64,000 nt of DNA from an uncultured virus (IMG/VR IMGVR_UViG_3300033144_005150) (IMGVR_UViG_3300033144_005150), one strand, 5' to 3'; numbered from the stretch's first letter, positions 8,290 to 18,198 are shown. The notes: generated by a model from the sequence alone, not told the origin. Numbers and translations are program-made.

Positions 8290-8760
8290 GGGCACCACCT
8301 AACGCCGGGGCTCTCATCGTCCACCGTGGGGCTGTGCTTTCTGTGGACCACCCCCCACCCCCTCCCCCCCTACCTAACGCCGGGGCCCACAGGGCACCCC
8401 CACAGGGGCCCTACCTAACGCCGGCCCCTACCACCCCACCCACACGCCGCATGCCCACCCCATGCCCACCACACCCCACCCCATGCCCACCACACCCCGG
8501 GGCCCACCATGCACCACCACACGCCGGCACCCACCACCCCCACCCACACGCCGGGGCCTTGCCTGTGGATCGCTACCTCACCCACCACCCACACGCCGGC
8601 CACTTGCTTGGCTCATCCTCACTTGCTTGGCTCACCCTCTCTCGTGTGTGGCTCGCGCATTGTTGACCCTCGGATGCTCACCCCATGACCTCACAATTTT
8701 CTCACCCTCTCTCACCTTAATGCCTTGACTCACCCCCCCTCCCCTGGATCACTCAGAACC
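8290..8760. repeat. C-rich low-complexity tract with CTAACGCCGG/ACACGCCGG repeats
   Basis: strong C/A skew; repeats from 7912 to about 8600; sits at the strand switch. Confidence 0.75.
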
Positions 8761-8983
8761 GTATAGAAAAATTGAGGGCATGGGGGGCCCCCCCAAATTC
8801 ACCGTATCCGACCTGCAGTAATTTCCAAACGATCGATTTCTCTATTGGAGTTCATCCAGGGATGGAATCTCCGTTCCGTCTCAAAAACCGCCGGGTAGGC
8901 GCGTTAAGGGGTTCTGAAACTGGGGATGGAACGGGAACGGGAACGGGACCCTGGTACAGTGACGGGAACGGGACCCTGGTACA

Positions 8984-9259
8984 GTGACGGACATGGAAAC
9001 CGCGAAGGTCATACTCGGAGGGCTGATGTTGCCACCAGCCTTAGCCGGTCACTGGGTAAGGAACAAGTGGCGGACCTCGCTGGGTAAGCCGCCGATCGAT
9101 CTCAAGACGGGAGAGCCGATGGCCCTGGGACCGCGACTGTGCAATGGACGGACGGTGCAACTCGAGGGAGACTTTCGCCGGTGCAAGCGATGCGGACACG
9201 CGGGCCCGTTCATGAAGAGGTGTTGGGAACCGTACGTGCGCGGACTGGGGCCTTTTTGA
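8984..9259 (+). CDS. hypothetical protein with Cys motifs
   Basis: 91-aa ORF. Confidence 0.5.
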   Translation: MTDMETAKVILGGLMLPPALAGHWVRNKWRTSLGKPPIDLKTGEPMALGPRLCNGRTVQLEGDFRRCKRCGHAGPFMKRCWEPYVRGLGPF

Positions 9260-9457
9260 GAGAGCCGGAGTGGGCGCGCGTAGTGGAAAACGAAATTGGG
9301 GTATCGTGTCGGTGTCCAGGATGGGCAACAGGCCGGGGTTGTTTCTGATCCTCGTTAAATCATTTGTCCGTGGCGGGTCCTCTCAGCAGGAGCCGGAATC
9401 ATCTGGTAGGAGCCTTGTCCTCACCGCCGCGCTGGACATTTCAAGGTACAGTGCCCC

Positions 9458-9799
9458 GTGACCTTCCCGCCCTACGACACGTTCACATCGCCGGGCATCT
9501 ACGAATCGGAGCTCGAGCGACTGACCGTGAAAGATTTGCTCGAAGCTCGGGTCATCGCACCGGTTCACGTATCGCAGGTCGAACAGCAGATGGCACGGGC
9601 TTCTTCGAGCGCGTGGCAATCGGTGTGTGACCTCGGACTCAAACCGTCCATCCTCACGGACCTGGAGATCAAGGCACAGATGACCGAGCTCCGACACCGG
9701 CACCCGGAACTGGACGAGGACGGGTTACTTCGTCAGGGGATGCTCTTTTTCAAGGGACATGCGACCCCGACCAGCATCCGCAAAGCTCTTGGAGACTGA
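9458..9799 (+). CDS. hypothetical protein
   Basis: 113-aa ORF with typical codon usage. Confidence 0.6.
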   Translation: MTFPPYDTFTSPGIYESELERLTVKDLLEARVIAPVHVSQVEQQMARASSSAWQSVCDLGLKPSILTDLEIKAQMTELRHRHPELDEDGLLRQGMLFFKGHATPTSIRKALGD

Positions 9800-10188
9800 C
9801 CCCGTACATGCGCGGACCGGAGCCTTTTTGAAATCGCTGGGGTGCGCGCGCGTAGGGGAAAATGGAACTACAGATAGGCCCTGGATTTTTTCAGGACCGC
9901 TCTCCCATACATTTCGCGTACCGGAGTCTTCTTGAAAAAACTGGGGTCCCGCGCCCGTAAGGGAAATGAGACTGGGGTTAGCTATTGACCGCGTCTTTTT
10001 TGGCAGGATTCCTGATGAGACGGTACAAAGTGGTGCCACCAACGAGGCCCCTGGTAGCCCCCAGGAGCTCCGGGCCGGGGATCAGGGGCACTCGGGCCTC
10101 TCGGGGCCGCTGACGGCTCTGGGGAGCGCTCAGGGGCTGGAGTAGCCCTGTCTGGGAAGCCCGTGGGGTAGAACGGTTGAGCCCACAC

Positions 10189-10297
10189 CCAGGGGGGGGG
10201 AACGAGTCGGGGTCATTGAACCCTCGTCAAATCACTACCTCGCAGCGGGTCCTAGGAATCCGGAGCCGTCCGGATAGGCACTCGACCTCACTGCTGC
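10189..10297 (+). ncRNA. candidate structured leader RNA, copy 1
   Basis: conserved blocks shared with 11097-11210. Confidence 0.5.
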
Positions 10298-10317
10298 ACC
10301 GGGCTCAACTTTTCACG

Positions 10318-10698
10318 ATGGCGAAAGAAGCACCAGAATGGCTGAACTTGGCCAACGAGATTCGGCTCTACTGGCTCGAAGAGGGAAACCGGGCGGTGGT
10401 TCATTTCGTGGACACGCCGGGTCCTGTGGTGGAGGGCTGGGTTCGTGACCTGTTGAAGTTCACCCAAGAGCACTGGGAGGGCTGGCGCGAGTCCAACGTG
10501 CTGTTGGATGACGACACCTACGCCTACCAGATCGAGTCGGCTTCCGAGTGGATCTTCTGCAACCACGAGAACCGACCGGACCATGCCAAGGTCGTTGTGA
10601 AAGACCTCTACTTTTCCGTCGAACCCAAGACGGACCCGCTCGAACGTGATGTCAAAGCGGAAGTCACGATTCGACGAAAAGGCTGGGAGAATGGCTGA
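10318..10698 (+). CDS. hypothetical protein
   Basis: MAKEAPEW... Confidence 0.65.
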   Translation: MAKEAPEWLNLANEIRLYWLEEGNRAVVHFVDTPGPVVEGWVRDLLKFTQEHWEGWRESNVLLDDDTYAYQIESASEWIFCNHENRPDHAKVVVKDLYFSVEPKTDPLERDVKAEVTIRRKGWENG

Positions 10699-11050
10699 CT
10701 ACGACAACCCACAAGACCTGGCGCATCTGTTCGTGAACTTCACGGACTTGATGACGGGTCAGGAGACGCCCCCGGAGCAGACGGAGATCGAGGTGGTCTA
10801 CGGCCCGACTCGTGGCGAAGCGGTCCCTGGCAAAGTGACTTTGTTTGGTCGAGCGCGGGAGTCCGCTGTCTGGGTGGAGACGTGGAAGCTGTGGTCGGCG
10901 GGGGGAGAGAACCTGGGCATCTTCCGTTGCTACGACGATCGACGCCGGCAGCACACTCGAAGGGGCGGAGGATTTGGAGCGGTGGAGAAGGACGGGGAGT
11001 CCCTGTTCGTCTGGGATGCGAAGGCTCCTGTTGCGGGGGACGCTGACTGA
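10691..11050 (+). CDS. hypothetical protein
   Basis: start overlaps upstream gene end; GGGAG RBS. Confidence 0.65.
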   Translation: MADYDNPQDLAHLFVNFTDLMTGQETPPEQTEIEVVYGPTRGEAVPGKVTLFGRARESAVWVETWKLWSAGGENLGIFRCYDDRRRQHTRRGGGFGAVEKDGESLFVWDAKAPVAGDAD

Positions 11051-11096
11051 CCGGTACGATGTGTTTGTTCGGTTGGCTAGGGAATGCCTTTTTTAG

Positions 11097-11210
11097 CCAG
11101 GGGGAACGAGCCGGGGGTGGTCGAACAGCCTCGTTATCTCATAGGCCCCGCAGCAGGTCCCTTCACGGGGAGTCGGAATTCTCCGATCAGGCGCTCGTCC
11201 TCACTGCTGC
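11097..11210 (+). ncRNA. candidate structured leader RNA, copy 2
   Basis: see 10189-10297. Confidence 0.5.
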
Positions 11211-11238
11211 TCGAACTTTTTTACGGAATTTTGAGCTG

Positions 11239-11466
11239 ATGGAACTCTTCAAAAACAGGATGACGCCTCGGTTCCGCCGGCTCTTCGTGAAGGTGTCCCT
11301 ACTCAACGTGGCGCTCTTTGGTGCGATGGCGGCGATGGGATGGTGGAGTTGGCCCGCAGTGTTTGGGACGCTCGTGCTCAATGGACTGGTCGTGGCGTTC
11401 TGGCCATCGAACAAAGCATTGGTCGAAGCGGAGAGGATGAAGGAACTCGGAGATGGGAACGACTAG
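11239..11466 (+). CDS. small membrane protein, paralogue of 12116-12325
   Basis: shared M(T/S)P...FWPSNKAL motif. Confidence 0.7.
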   Translation: MELFKNRMTPRFRRLFVKVSLLNVALFGAMAAMGWWSWPAVFGTLVLNGLVVAFWPSNKALVEAERMKELGDGND

Positions 11467-11797
11467 CCCAGTTCCTTTGGTCAACGGTGAGGCGGTTCTT
11501 TTTCGTTTTTTCACGGAAGCGGAGAACGCCAAGATTCGGAAGCAGCAGGCGGAGTTCCTTTCATTTTGGTACGAGCGTGGGAAGCCACGGGGAATCGTGC
11601 CCAACACGGCACGTCAGTATCACGTAGAGATTTTGGTGCCGTGCAAGCCGGGTGACAACCTCACGTTTGACCATCACCCGAAGGAGTACGACCAGCTTTG
11701 GGTTCGTTTCCCTTTGGTCGATGGGGGCTCATCGACCAATAAGGGGAACATGATGGTGAGTGGGAAGAACCCAGGGGATGAGCTTTGCGATGGATAG
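11453..11797 (+). CDS. hypothetical protein
   Basis: overlapping operon arrangement. Confidence 0.6.
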   Translation: MGTTSPVPLVNGEAVLFRFFTEAENAKIRKQQAEFLSFWYERGKPRGIVPNTARQYHVEILVPCKPGDNLTFDHHPKEYDQLWVRFPLVDGGSSTNKGNMMVSGKNPGDELCDG

Positions 11798-12119
11798 TCC
11801 ATGTCCCCTTTGCGCTCGAGAGATGAAGCCAGGGCGCTCCGTGAACCGTCATCATCTTTTGCCGAAGCTCAAGGGTGGGAAGGGAGCGGCTATGTTCGAC
11901 ATGCACACGATCTGCCACTCCAAGGTGCATTCGATCTGGAGCGAGGCGGAACTGGCCAGGATGTACGAGGACTGCGAGACTGTGGCGGAACGAGTGTGGG
12001 CCATGTACTTGGAGAACGAGCACATCGTGAAGTTCGTCAAGTGGATCTCGAAGAAGGACCCCGAGTTCAGGAACTCCAACCGGATGGTCTCGGATCACAA
12101 GAAACGGAGACGTAGATGA
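11790..12119 (+). CDS. HNH-like endonuclease
   Basis: CPLC...HHLLPK..GG...HTICHSKVH. Confidence 0.75.
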   Translation: MDSPCPLCAREMKPGRSVNRHHLLPKLKGGKGAAMFDMHTICHSKVHSIWSEAELARMYEDCETVAERVWAMYLENEHIVKFVKWISKKDPEFRNSNRMVSDHKKRRRR

Positions 12120-12325
12120 TGAAGAATCCCATGAGTCCCGAACGACGACGGTTGCTCCTTTTCTCTACGATCGGAGCGATCGTGACGGCGTGGGCGAGTT
12201 CGCATGCTTGGTGGGCTTTTCTCCCGTTCTTTGGAGTGTACGCTCTCGTCATCGGGTTCTGGCCATCGAACAAGGCGCTCAAGGCGGCAGAAGAACGAAA
12301 AGCGTTGGAGGAAGGAAGCGGATGA
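12116..12325 (+). CDS. small membrane protein
   Basis: paralogue of 11239-11466. Confidence 0.7.
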   Translation: MMKNPMSPERRRLLLFSTIGAIVTAWASSHAWWAFLPFFGVYALVIGFWPSNKALKAAEERKALEEGSG

Positions 12326-12462
12326 CCGACAAGACCCCACCTCCTCAAACTTTGAAGTCGAAGGCCACGGTTTGGGTCGGGAGACATCTCGTTCTGATCG
12401 TTTTCTTTTTCATGATCGCCGGCATCTACATTGCCCTCAACCCACCCCCGTGGGCCCAATGA
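12322..12462 (+). CDS. small single-TM protein
   Basis: ATGA overlap; hydrophobic C-terminal half. Confidence 0.55.
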   Translation: MTDKTPPPQTLKSKATVWVGRHLVLIVFFFMIAGIYIALNPPPWAQ

Positions 12463-12477
12463 GCGCAGACCTACAAC

Positions 12478-13353
12478 GTGAAAAAAGAGATCGAGAAGTT
12501 ACCCCCGCCTGACGTTCGGGTGTCCCTTGGGGCACCTCAGCCAGCTCCTGCGGAGGGGCGTGCGGAGCGAATGGCTCTTCTTCGGAAGGGTCTCGTACCT
12601 CCGAAGAATCTCCAGGCTCTCGATCTGGAGGCGATGCCATTTCCCCAGGAACTCGACCAATTGTCGTTCGAGGGCGATGGCGACCCGCACGGGAAATTCA
12701 AGAAGGGTCAACGGATCAGGGAGATCATGGCGTTCGGGTCCCTTCTCTATCCGAGTCGGATGTGGGACCAGCGCGTCGAACTGCTTCGGGTTTTGACGCT
12801 TCCCCAGTTGGAGCAGCTTCTGGTGAACCTCAAAGCGATGGTCCAAAGGGAGGAAGAAGAGGTGCTCCGAGCCATGCTCAGGAACCAGCAGGCGGAGTGG
12901 GTCCGACGGGAGGCGAAGGCCAGGGAGGCGTGGGTCGAGGGGGAGATGGCGGACATCCAGACGGAACTGGAGTCTCCCATCCGCGACGCGATGTTGACGC
13001 TGTCCCATCCCGAAGAGCCACTACAGTTCTATGTCCTCAAGCACCGGGCCCATCACGAGACGGACCAGACGTACGACCTGACGCATTTCAACGACATGCC
13101 CCAGATGTTGTCGCCCGTGTTCCGGGATGAGGACAAGCCCCCGAAGAAGAGGGGCTCTCGGAAGAAGAGGCGATCGACAAGGCTGGCTACTGGGGCGTGG
13201 ACGAGCCCTGAGTTCTACGAACCGACGGCGGGTGCTTTACCGGTCCCGAGTAGGTGGCCGAGTTCTCGACGACCCATGGGGATTCTCAGGTACTCCGTGA
13301 TGGTTTTCCCGAGTTTTTCCATCTGCGTTTTGAGCCGGTGGAGGGGGATGTAG
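12478..13353 (+). CDS. hypothetical protein (3' end overlaps opposite-strand gene)
   Basis: 291-aa ORF with coiled-coil-like segment. Confidence 0.6.
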   Translation: MKKEIEKLPPPDVRVSLGAPQPAPAEGRAERMALLRKGLVPPKNLQALDLEAMPFPQELDQLSFEGDGDPHGKFKKGQRIREIMAFGSLLYPSRMWDQRVELLRVLTLPQLEQLLVNLKAMVQREEEEVLRAMLRNQQAEWVRREAKAREAWVEGEMADIQTELESPIRDAMLTLSHPEEPLQFYVLKHRAHHETDQTYDLTHFNDMPQMLSPVFRDEDKPPKKRGSRKKRRSTRLATGAWTSPEFYEPTAGALPVPSRWPSSRRPMGILRYSVMVFPSFSICVLSRWRGM

Positions 13354-13634
13354 TAGGAGCCCAGGTCGTCGTTGTGAACGGTGGAAATGTGGAAGCCCAT
13401 GAGGCGCCGGGAAGGATCGTCTCCACTGAGGACGAGGTGGTTTTTCCCGTCTTTTTGGCATCGGGTGTACCACTCGACAACGTCTTTGAAGACCGTGGCG
13501 TTCTCGGGAAGTTCGGAGCCAGGGTCCGGGGGGCCTGAGTTCCGGGCGATATCCACTACGGTGTCCCAGTGGTCCGGGTGGGCAGTGATGTAGTCTTCGA
13601 TCTCTGTCGTGAGCTGGGCGAGTGACAGGGCCAT
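13215..13634 (-). CDS. hypothetical protein
   Basis: GGAGG RBS; 139 aa. Confidence 0.6.
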   Translation of the reverse strand: MALSLAQLTTEIEDYITAHPDHWDTVVDIARNSGPPDPGSELPENATVFKDVVEWYTRCQKDGKNHLVLSGDDPSRRLMGFHISTVHNDDLGSYYIPLHRLKTQMEKLGKTITEYLRIPMGRRELGHLLGTGKAPAVGS

Positions 13635-13664
13635 CCTCCAAGTTACCGGTCGGTATGATGGGTC

Positions 13665-13985
13665 ATGAGGATTTCAACTCAGAGTGCTGGAGCCGTTTGT
13701 AAGATCCTCGCAGCGGGTGAGGCACTGGCGTCACGGAAGAAGGGCGCGAAGGCTCAGTGGGTCAATCTCATGGAGGAGATGGCGGTTCCAATGTCGGACC
13801 CCAAGTACGTGGCGGAGCACAAGGCTCGGGTGTGCCTCGATATTGCGGAACTCGAAGGGATCAAGGGGATGGCTCTAATCGAGGCTCGGGCGTTGACCCT
13901 CATGGATCACAGTTTTCGAAAAGGTCATGGAGATGCGGGACGGACTACAGTCGTGATGCGCCGGGTACGCGCGGGCTTTTGCTAA
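13665..13985 (+). CDS. hypothetical protein
   Basis: 106-aa ORF. Confidence 0.55.
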   Translation: MRISTQSAGAVCKILAAGEALASRKKGAKAQWVNLMEEMAVPMSDPKYVAEHKARVCLDIAELEGIKGMALIEARALTLMDHSFRKGHGDAGRTTVVMRRVRAGFC

Positions 13986-14259
13986 AAATCGCGGTCCCCA
14001 CTGGGGGACTACTCGATGGGGGATCAGCCCTCCAATATGGGGAACGGGATGTTACAGGGAGCAGTGATGCCTTTCGTGCTTTTCACGAAAGGCATTCGTG
14101 AAAATCGGGTAAAAGCCTTGAACCCATGTCCGGGAACCCTACAAACATGACAACTACCGACGAAACAATCGTTCTCCCCTCCAGGCGCAAGAAGCCCGCC
14201 TAGGGCACACTACATCGATCGCAGCCCGCCTAGTTCGTCTAGGCGGGCTTTCGCGGTGA

Positions 14260-14706
14260 ATGTCCGACCAAAGTGAAACCCAAACCACTCAAACCGATGC
14301 GCTTGCCAGCGTTTTCATGCTGCCGCCTGTCTGTGGCCTGATTTGGCTGTACTTCATCGCCCAGAAGCCTCTGATCTTTGCGATGGACGCCATGTCCACT
14401 TGCGGCTTCGTGGTCGTTTTGGCCAGTGCCGTTCTGGTGGGGGTTGATGCTGGTAAACTCGGTTTTGGCGGCACCGATGCCAAGGGGTGGTTGCAGAAGC
14501 AGACCCCGGCAGCGTGGGGGATTGCCTGCGCCCTGCTTTGGTTTCCTATGTACATCGTCTATGGGTTCACCCGTGTTAGTCGGGGAGGGACTAGCCGTGC
14601 CCTCCCTGTGCTGCTGCTGAGCATCCTCTTCGCGCTCGCCTACTTCGGTTTGTACGGCCTGATCGAAGAGAAAATGTCCGGCATCCGTTCGATGTTTGGC
14701 CAGTGA
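14260..14706 (+). CDS. four-TM membrane protein
   Basis: four hydrophobic segments. Confidence 0.65.
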   Translation: MSDQSETQTTQTDALASVFMLPPVCGLIWLYFIAQKPLIFAMDAMSTCGFVVVLASAVLVGVDAGKLGFGGTDAKGWLQKQTPAAWGIACALLWFPMYIVYGFTRVSRGGTSRALPVLLLSILFALAYFGLYGLIEEKMSGIRSMFGQ

Positions 14707-14755
14707 CCCGTAAAAAAGAGGAGACAAGGGGAGGGCCATCGTGGCTCTCCCCTTT

Positions 14756-15394
14756 TTACGTTCCGGCGGTGTCGTGGCCTTCGGTGGCATCCTGGATCGC
14801 CTGGACCGTTTCGAGTTCGTCTTTGTCCGGCTTGCGGAACGGATCTTCGTGACTTCCGAACCCGAGGTTGGCAGCCAGGAGTTCACGTCGTCGCGGGTTG
14901 GCGAACCAGTACTTGATCTCATCGGGCTGTTCGTTGACGGCTTTGATGGTGAGGGTGAAGCCCCGGCCGGTCACGTCGTCTTGGAACCGGAGGCGTCGGT
15001 GGCGGATGTCTTGGACATCGGTGACCTCCTTGATCCACAGGAGTTGCTCTTCGACCCCTTCGGTTTCGTTGGGGTCTTTGACCTCGGTGGCAGGTGCTTC
15101 GGCTCGGGTCTTCTTGATATCGGCCAGGAAGGCGTCGAGGGTTTCGTGGTGGGTGGTGAACCGCTCGTGGAGTTCGGCCTGGGCCCCTTGGAGCTCGTCC
15201 CATTCGTTCTGGGGGTTCTGGAGATCGGCCAGTCCCACGTCGAAGGCAGCGGCCACGGCCATGAGGGTTTCCTTGGCGGGGATCAGTTCGCCCTTCTCGA
15301 GCCGGGTGATGGTTTTGCGGGAGAGGGAACTGGCGTCAGCGAGGTGCTGCTGCGTCCAGCCCCGCTTTTCACGTAGATGGCGGATGCGGTGCAT
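14756..15394 (-). CDS. XRE-family HTH transcriptional regulator
   Basis: IRHLREKRGWTQQHLADASSLSRKTITRLEKG. Confidence 0.85.
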   Translation of the reverse strand: MHRIRHLREKRGWTQQHLADASSLSRKTITRLEKGELIPAKETLMAVAAAFDVGLADLQNPQNEWDELQGAQAELHERFTTHHETLDAFLADIKKTRAEAPATEVKDPNETEGVEEQLLWIKEVTDVQDIRHRRLRFQDDVTGRGFTLTIKAVNEQPDEIKYWFANPRRRELLAANLGFGSHEDPFRKPDKDELETVQAIQDATEGHDTAGT

Positions 15395-15580
15395 GTTTGG
15401 ACCCTACCTCACTGAAAGGGGTGGTCATGGGACATCTGGGGGACTTGGGGTAAAACAGATGCGATGGGCTGGACTACGACAGGGAACGGGATCTTCACGA
15501 TCAACCTCTCGTCTATCACGACCGCTTCGACGGCGACCACCATCACCTTCACTACCTGACTCACCACTGGAACCACTTCT

Positions 15581-15769
15581 GTGCCCGAAGAGAAGCCCAA
15601 GCCGAAGAAGAAGACCTTCGATCAGCTCGTGGCTGGCATGAGGTTTTCGCAGCCGGAGATGCTGCCGCCCAAACGGTACGGCACCTGTATGCGTTGCTCG
15701 ATCAGCGTGGATCTGTCGGCTTTTCGCGGTCGCTGTTCTGTGTGCGGTGGTCCGCTGGGCAGCCGGTAG
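15581..15769 (+). CDS. small zinc-ribbon protein
   Basis: CxxC...CxxC. Confidence 0.55.
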   Translation: MPEEKPKPKKKTFDQLVAGMRFSQPEMLPPKRYGTCMRCSISVDLSAFRGRCSVCGGPLGSR

Positions 15770-15778
15770 AGTTCCTTC

Positions 15779-16210
15779 ATGGAATTCTCGGCGGACTGCT
15801 ACATCAAAAAGCTCTCTTTGTACGAAAAGGACGACCGACGTGAGGAGCGTGGTCGTCTCGAAGTAGAGATCGGTTCCAGGGAGCTCGACTCGGACCGGGT
15901 CGGGAGTTTCTCCACGCAACTGTCTGACGCCGAGTACTTGATCTTGGACCGTCCCTACCGGTTGACGGTGCGCACTGGGGACGACATGACGGGGGGAAGC
16001 AACGACCCCAAGGCCATCGTGAAAACCGGCTACGTGGCGAGCATCCAGGGGATGCACAAGCATGCTCGTGTGGAGCTGACCCCAGAGACGGTGGAGCACG
16101 GTGGGGGGCCGATGTACGACCTCTTCCACCTGCAACTCAGCGTGCCTTCGGAGCTCGTGAAGGGGCTGCCGTTTGGGGACAAATTTGAAATGACGATCGA
16201 GAGACTCTAG
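15779..16210 (+). CDS. hypothetical protein
   Basis: 143-aa ORF. Confidence 0.6.
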   Translation: MEFSADCYIKKLSLYEKDDRREERGRLEVEIGSRELDSDRVGSFSTQLSDAEYLILDRPYRLTVRTGDDMTGGSNDPKAIVKTGYVASIQGMHKHARVELTPETVEHGGGPMYDLFHLQLSVPSELVKGLPFGDKFEMTIERL

Positions 16211-16926
16211 TTCTCGAACTTGCCGTCTTTGACCGCGAAGTGTTCGCTAGATCCTTGCGAGGGGGACACCTTGCATTTGTCCAGAGTCAGGTCGTAGCCG
16301 TTTGCGTTGAGGACCGCCCTGATGCGGAGGGAAGTGTAGTACCTCCAGGCTTTGCCCCCATCGACAGAGAATTCCGACACGGAGCCTTCTGGGGGTTTTC
16401 GCATTTGGCCGAAAGCGATGACCGTGTGTTTTCGGTTGGAGAGCCTTCTTTTGGTCTGGGGAAGGAACGCGCTCCAGAGAGCGTTCGTTTTGGCGATGTC
16501 GTCACCCGTAGCTCCAAGGAGCACATCATCGAGGATGAGGAGGTTCCCTTCTCCTTCGCTTTGGGAGACGGCCACCCAAAGGTCCGCGACGAGTTTGTCA
16601 GCGTCAGTGTGACGGACGATGGCCAGCTCCCCGAGATCGTCCAAGGGGTCCTCCCGCATCGTGAAGAGAGTTGCACTTTGGGGGCATGAGCGGATGACGG
16701 TGCTCCGTAGATCCTCGAACTCATTTTCGGGGGCGTACAGCATCGTGATCTTCCTCTGCGGGTAGCCGTCACAGAGGTGGTCAGGGCCACCGATGAGAGC
16801 ATCGAACTTGGCGGAGCCTGTAGACGTGGCAGACTGTTCGAGTTTTGGAGGAGGGCTACGGTCCCCTTGACCAAGGGCGCCTTCCAGAAGGCCACGAGCT
16901 TTGGAGAGAGGTGTCTCTGTCATCAT
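16207..16926 (-). CDS. degenerate RecA-like protein lacking Walker A
   Basis: STGSAKFDALIGG, GYPQRKITMLYAPE, GQMR, GGKAWRYYTSLRI and KCKVSP parallel RecA motifs. Confidence 0.75.
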   Translation of the reverse strand: MMTETPLSKARGLLEGALGQGDRSPPPKLEQSATSTGSAKFDALIGGPDHLCDGYPQRKITMLYAPENEFEDLRSTVIRSCPQSATLFTMREDPLDDLGELAIVRHTDADKLVADLWVAVSQSEGEGNLLILDDVLLGATGDDIAKTNALWSAFLPQTKRRLSNRKHTVIAFGQMRKPPEGSVSEFSVDGGKAWRYYTSLRIRAVLNANGYDLTLDKCKVSPSQGSSEHFAVKDGKFEN

Positions 16927-17156
16927 GGGTTATACCCACGACCCCGAGCCGTTCGTGAAACTACTCGTCGGAGGTGTCATCCCCGTCCACGTAATCGAGA
17001 ACCTTGTCGAGCAGGCGTTCGGCCTCTTCGACCGCGTTGGGTCCGCTGGCGGACACGGTGACTTTGAGGTCGCCAGTCTCAAACGAGATGCTGGCGCTGC
17101 ACTGAGGTTCTGGATTCTCCGACATGGCTCCCTATTAGGGGAGCGCAATAGGCGAA

Positions 17157-17726
17157 TTAGTCGTGCTCGTACTCGGTGATCTCGACGCCATCGCGGGTGA
17201 CGGTGACTTTGACGTGGTCGCCGAAGACGGTTTCCATCGTGACCTTGTTGGCATCGTGATGGATCCATTCGCCCAGTGCGACCACGGTGTCCCAGCACGC
17301 TCCGTACTTGTCCTTCTTTTTGTTGTTCTTTTTGTTGGCGCTGTAGCTGGACACGTACTCTTCCTCGCATAGGGAGTCGAGGTCGGGCTCGATCCATTCC
17401 TCGAGATCGATGCCCAGTGCCTTGCGCTGTTCGTCGGACAGGTTCTTGGCGGTGGCCTGCTTGTTTTCGTGGGCCCGCTTCTCGGCTTCGTACCTTTTGG
17501 TCTTCTCGGGGTCGCTGATCAGCACGTTGAGTTCGTTGACCGAGAAGTAGCAGGGGTCACCGTCGCAGAAGTACGGGGTGTACTGCGTCCAGTAGAGCTT
17601 CTGGATCTGCGGGTACTGGGCCAGGAGATCCTTGGTCGCTTGGAGGAGCGCCTTCTTTCCACGGTCGCGGATCTGCTTCTGGACTCGTTCGGTTTCTTCG
17701 GTGAGGTCTTGGAGTGCTTGGAACAT
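17157..17726 (-). CDS. hypothetical phage protein
   Basis: WTQYTPYFCDGDPC motif; paralogue of next ORF. Confidence 0.75.
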   Translation of the reverse strand: MFQALQDLTEETERVQKQIRDRGKKALLQATKDLLAQYPQIQKLYWTQYTPYFCDGDPCYFSVNELNVLISDPEKTKRYEAEKRAHENKQATAKNLSDEQRKALGIDLEEWIEPDLDSLCEEEYVSSYSANKKNNKKKDKYGACWDTVVALGEWIHHDANKVTMETVFGDHVKVTVTRDGVEITEYEHD

Positions 17727-17739
17727 GATGTCTGTCTTT

Positions 17740-18195
17740 CTAGTCGTGGCTGTATTCGGAGACGGTCGCCCCGTCTTTGCTGAGCCGGACCAACTGGTGA
17801 TCGTCATACAGAGTGAGCATGAGATCCTTCTGTGATCCGATGAACTTGGTGAGCGCCTTGGCGTCGGCCTTCACGTCGTCGGGGAGTTTTTTCGTCTGAT
17901 CGACTTCGCCGTAGCAGTAGCCCTGGTCTTCCCCATACTCTTCTTCCGCCATCTCCTTGTCGCCCCCCTCCAAGGGAAGGAACCGAACCTCAGTGCCGCC
18001 GACCCGGAAAACACAGGGATCGCCGTCGTTGAAGTACGGCGTGTACTGGCACCATGTGATCGTGGTGCCTTCGGGGGCTTTCTCGAAGAAGGCTTGCGCG
18101 GCGTCGTTGAAAGAAACCTGGAGCTCTTGCTTCATGGCCTTCTGGGCGTCGGCTGCTTTTTTGGTTACGGCTTTGAGTTGGTCTGCGATACTCAT
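17740..18195 (-). CDS. hypothetical phage protein
   Basis: WCQYTPYFNDGDPC motif. Confidence 0.75.
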   Translation of the reverse strand: MSIADQLKAVTKKAADAQKAMKQELQVSFNDAAQAFFEKAPEGTTITWCQYTPYFNDGDPCVFRVGGTEVRFLPLEGGDKEMAEEEYGEDQGYCYGEVDQTKKLPDDVKADAKALTKFIGSQKDLMLTLYDDHQLVRLSKDGATVSEYSHD

Positions 18196-18198
18196 GAT

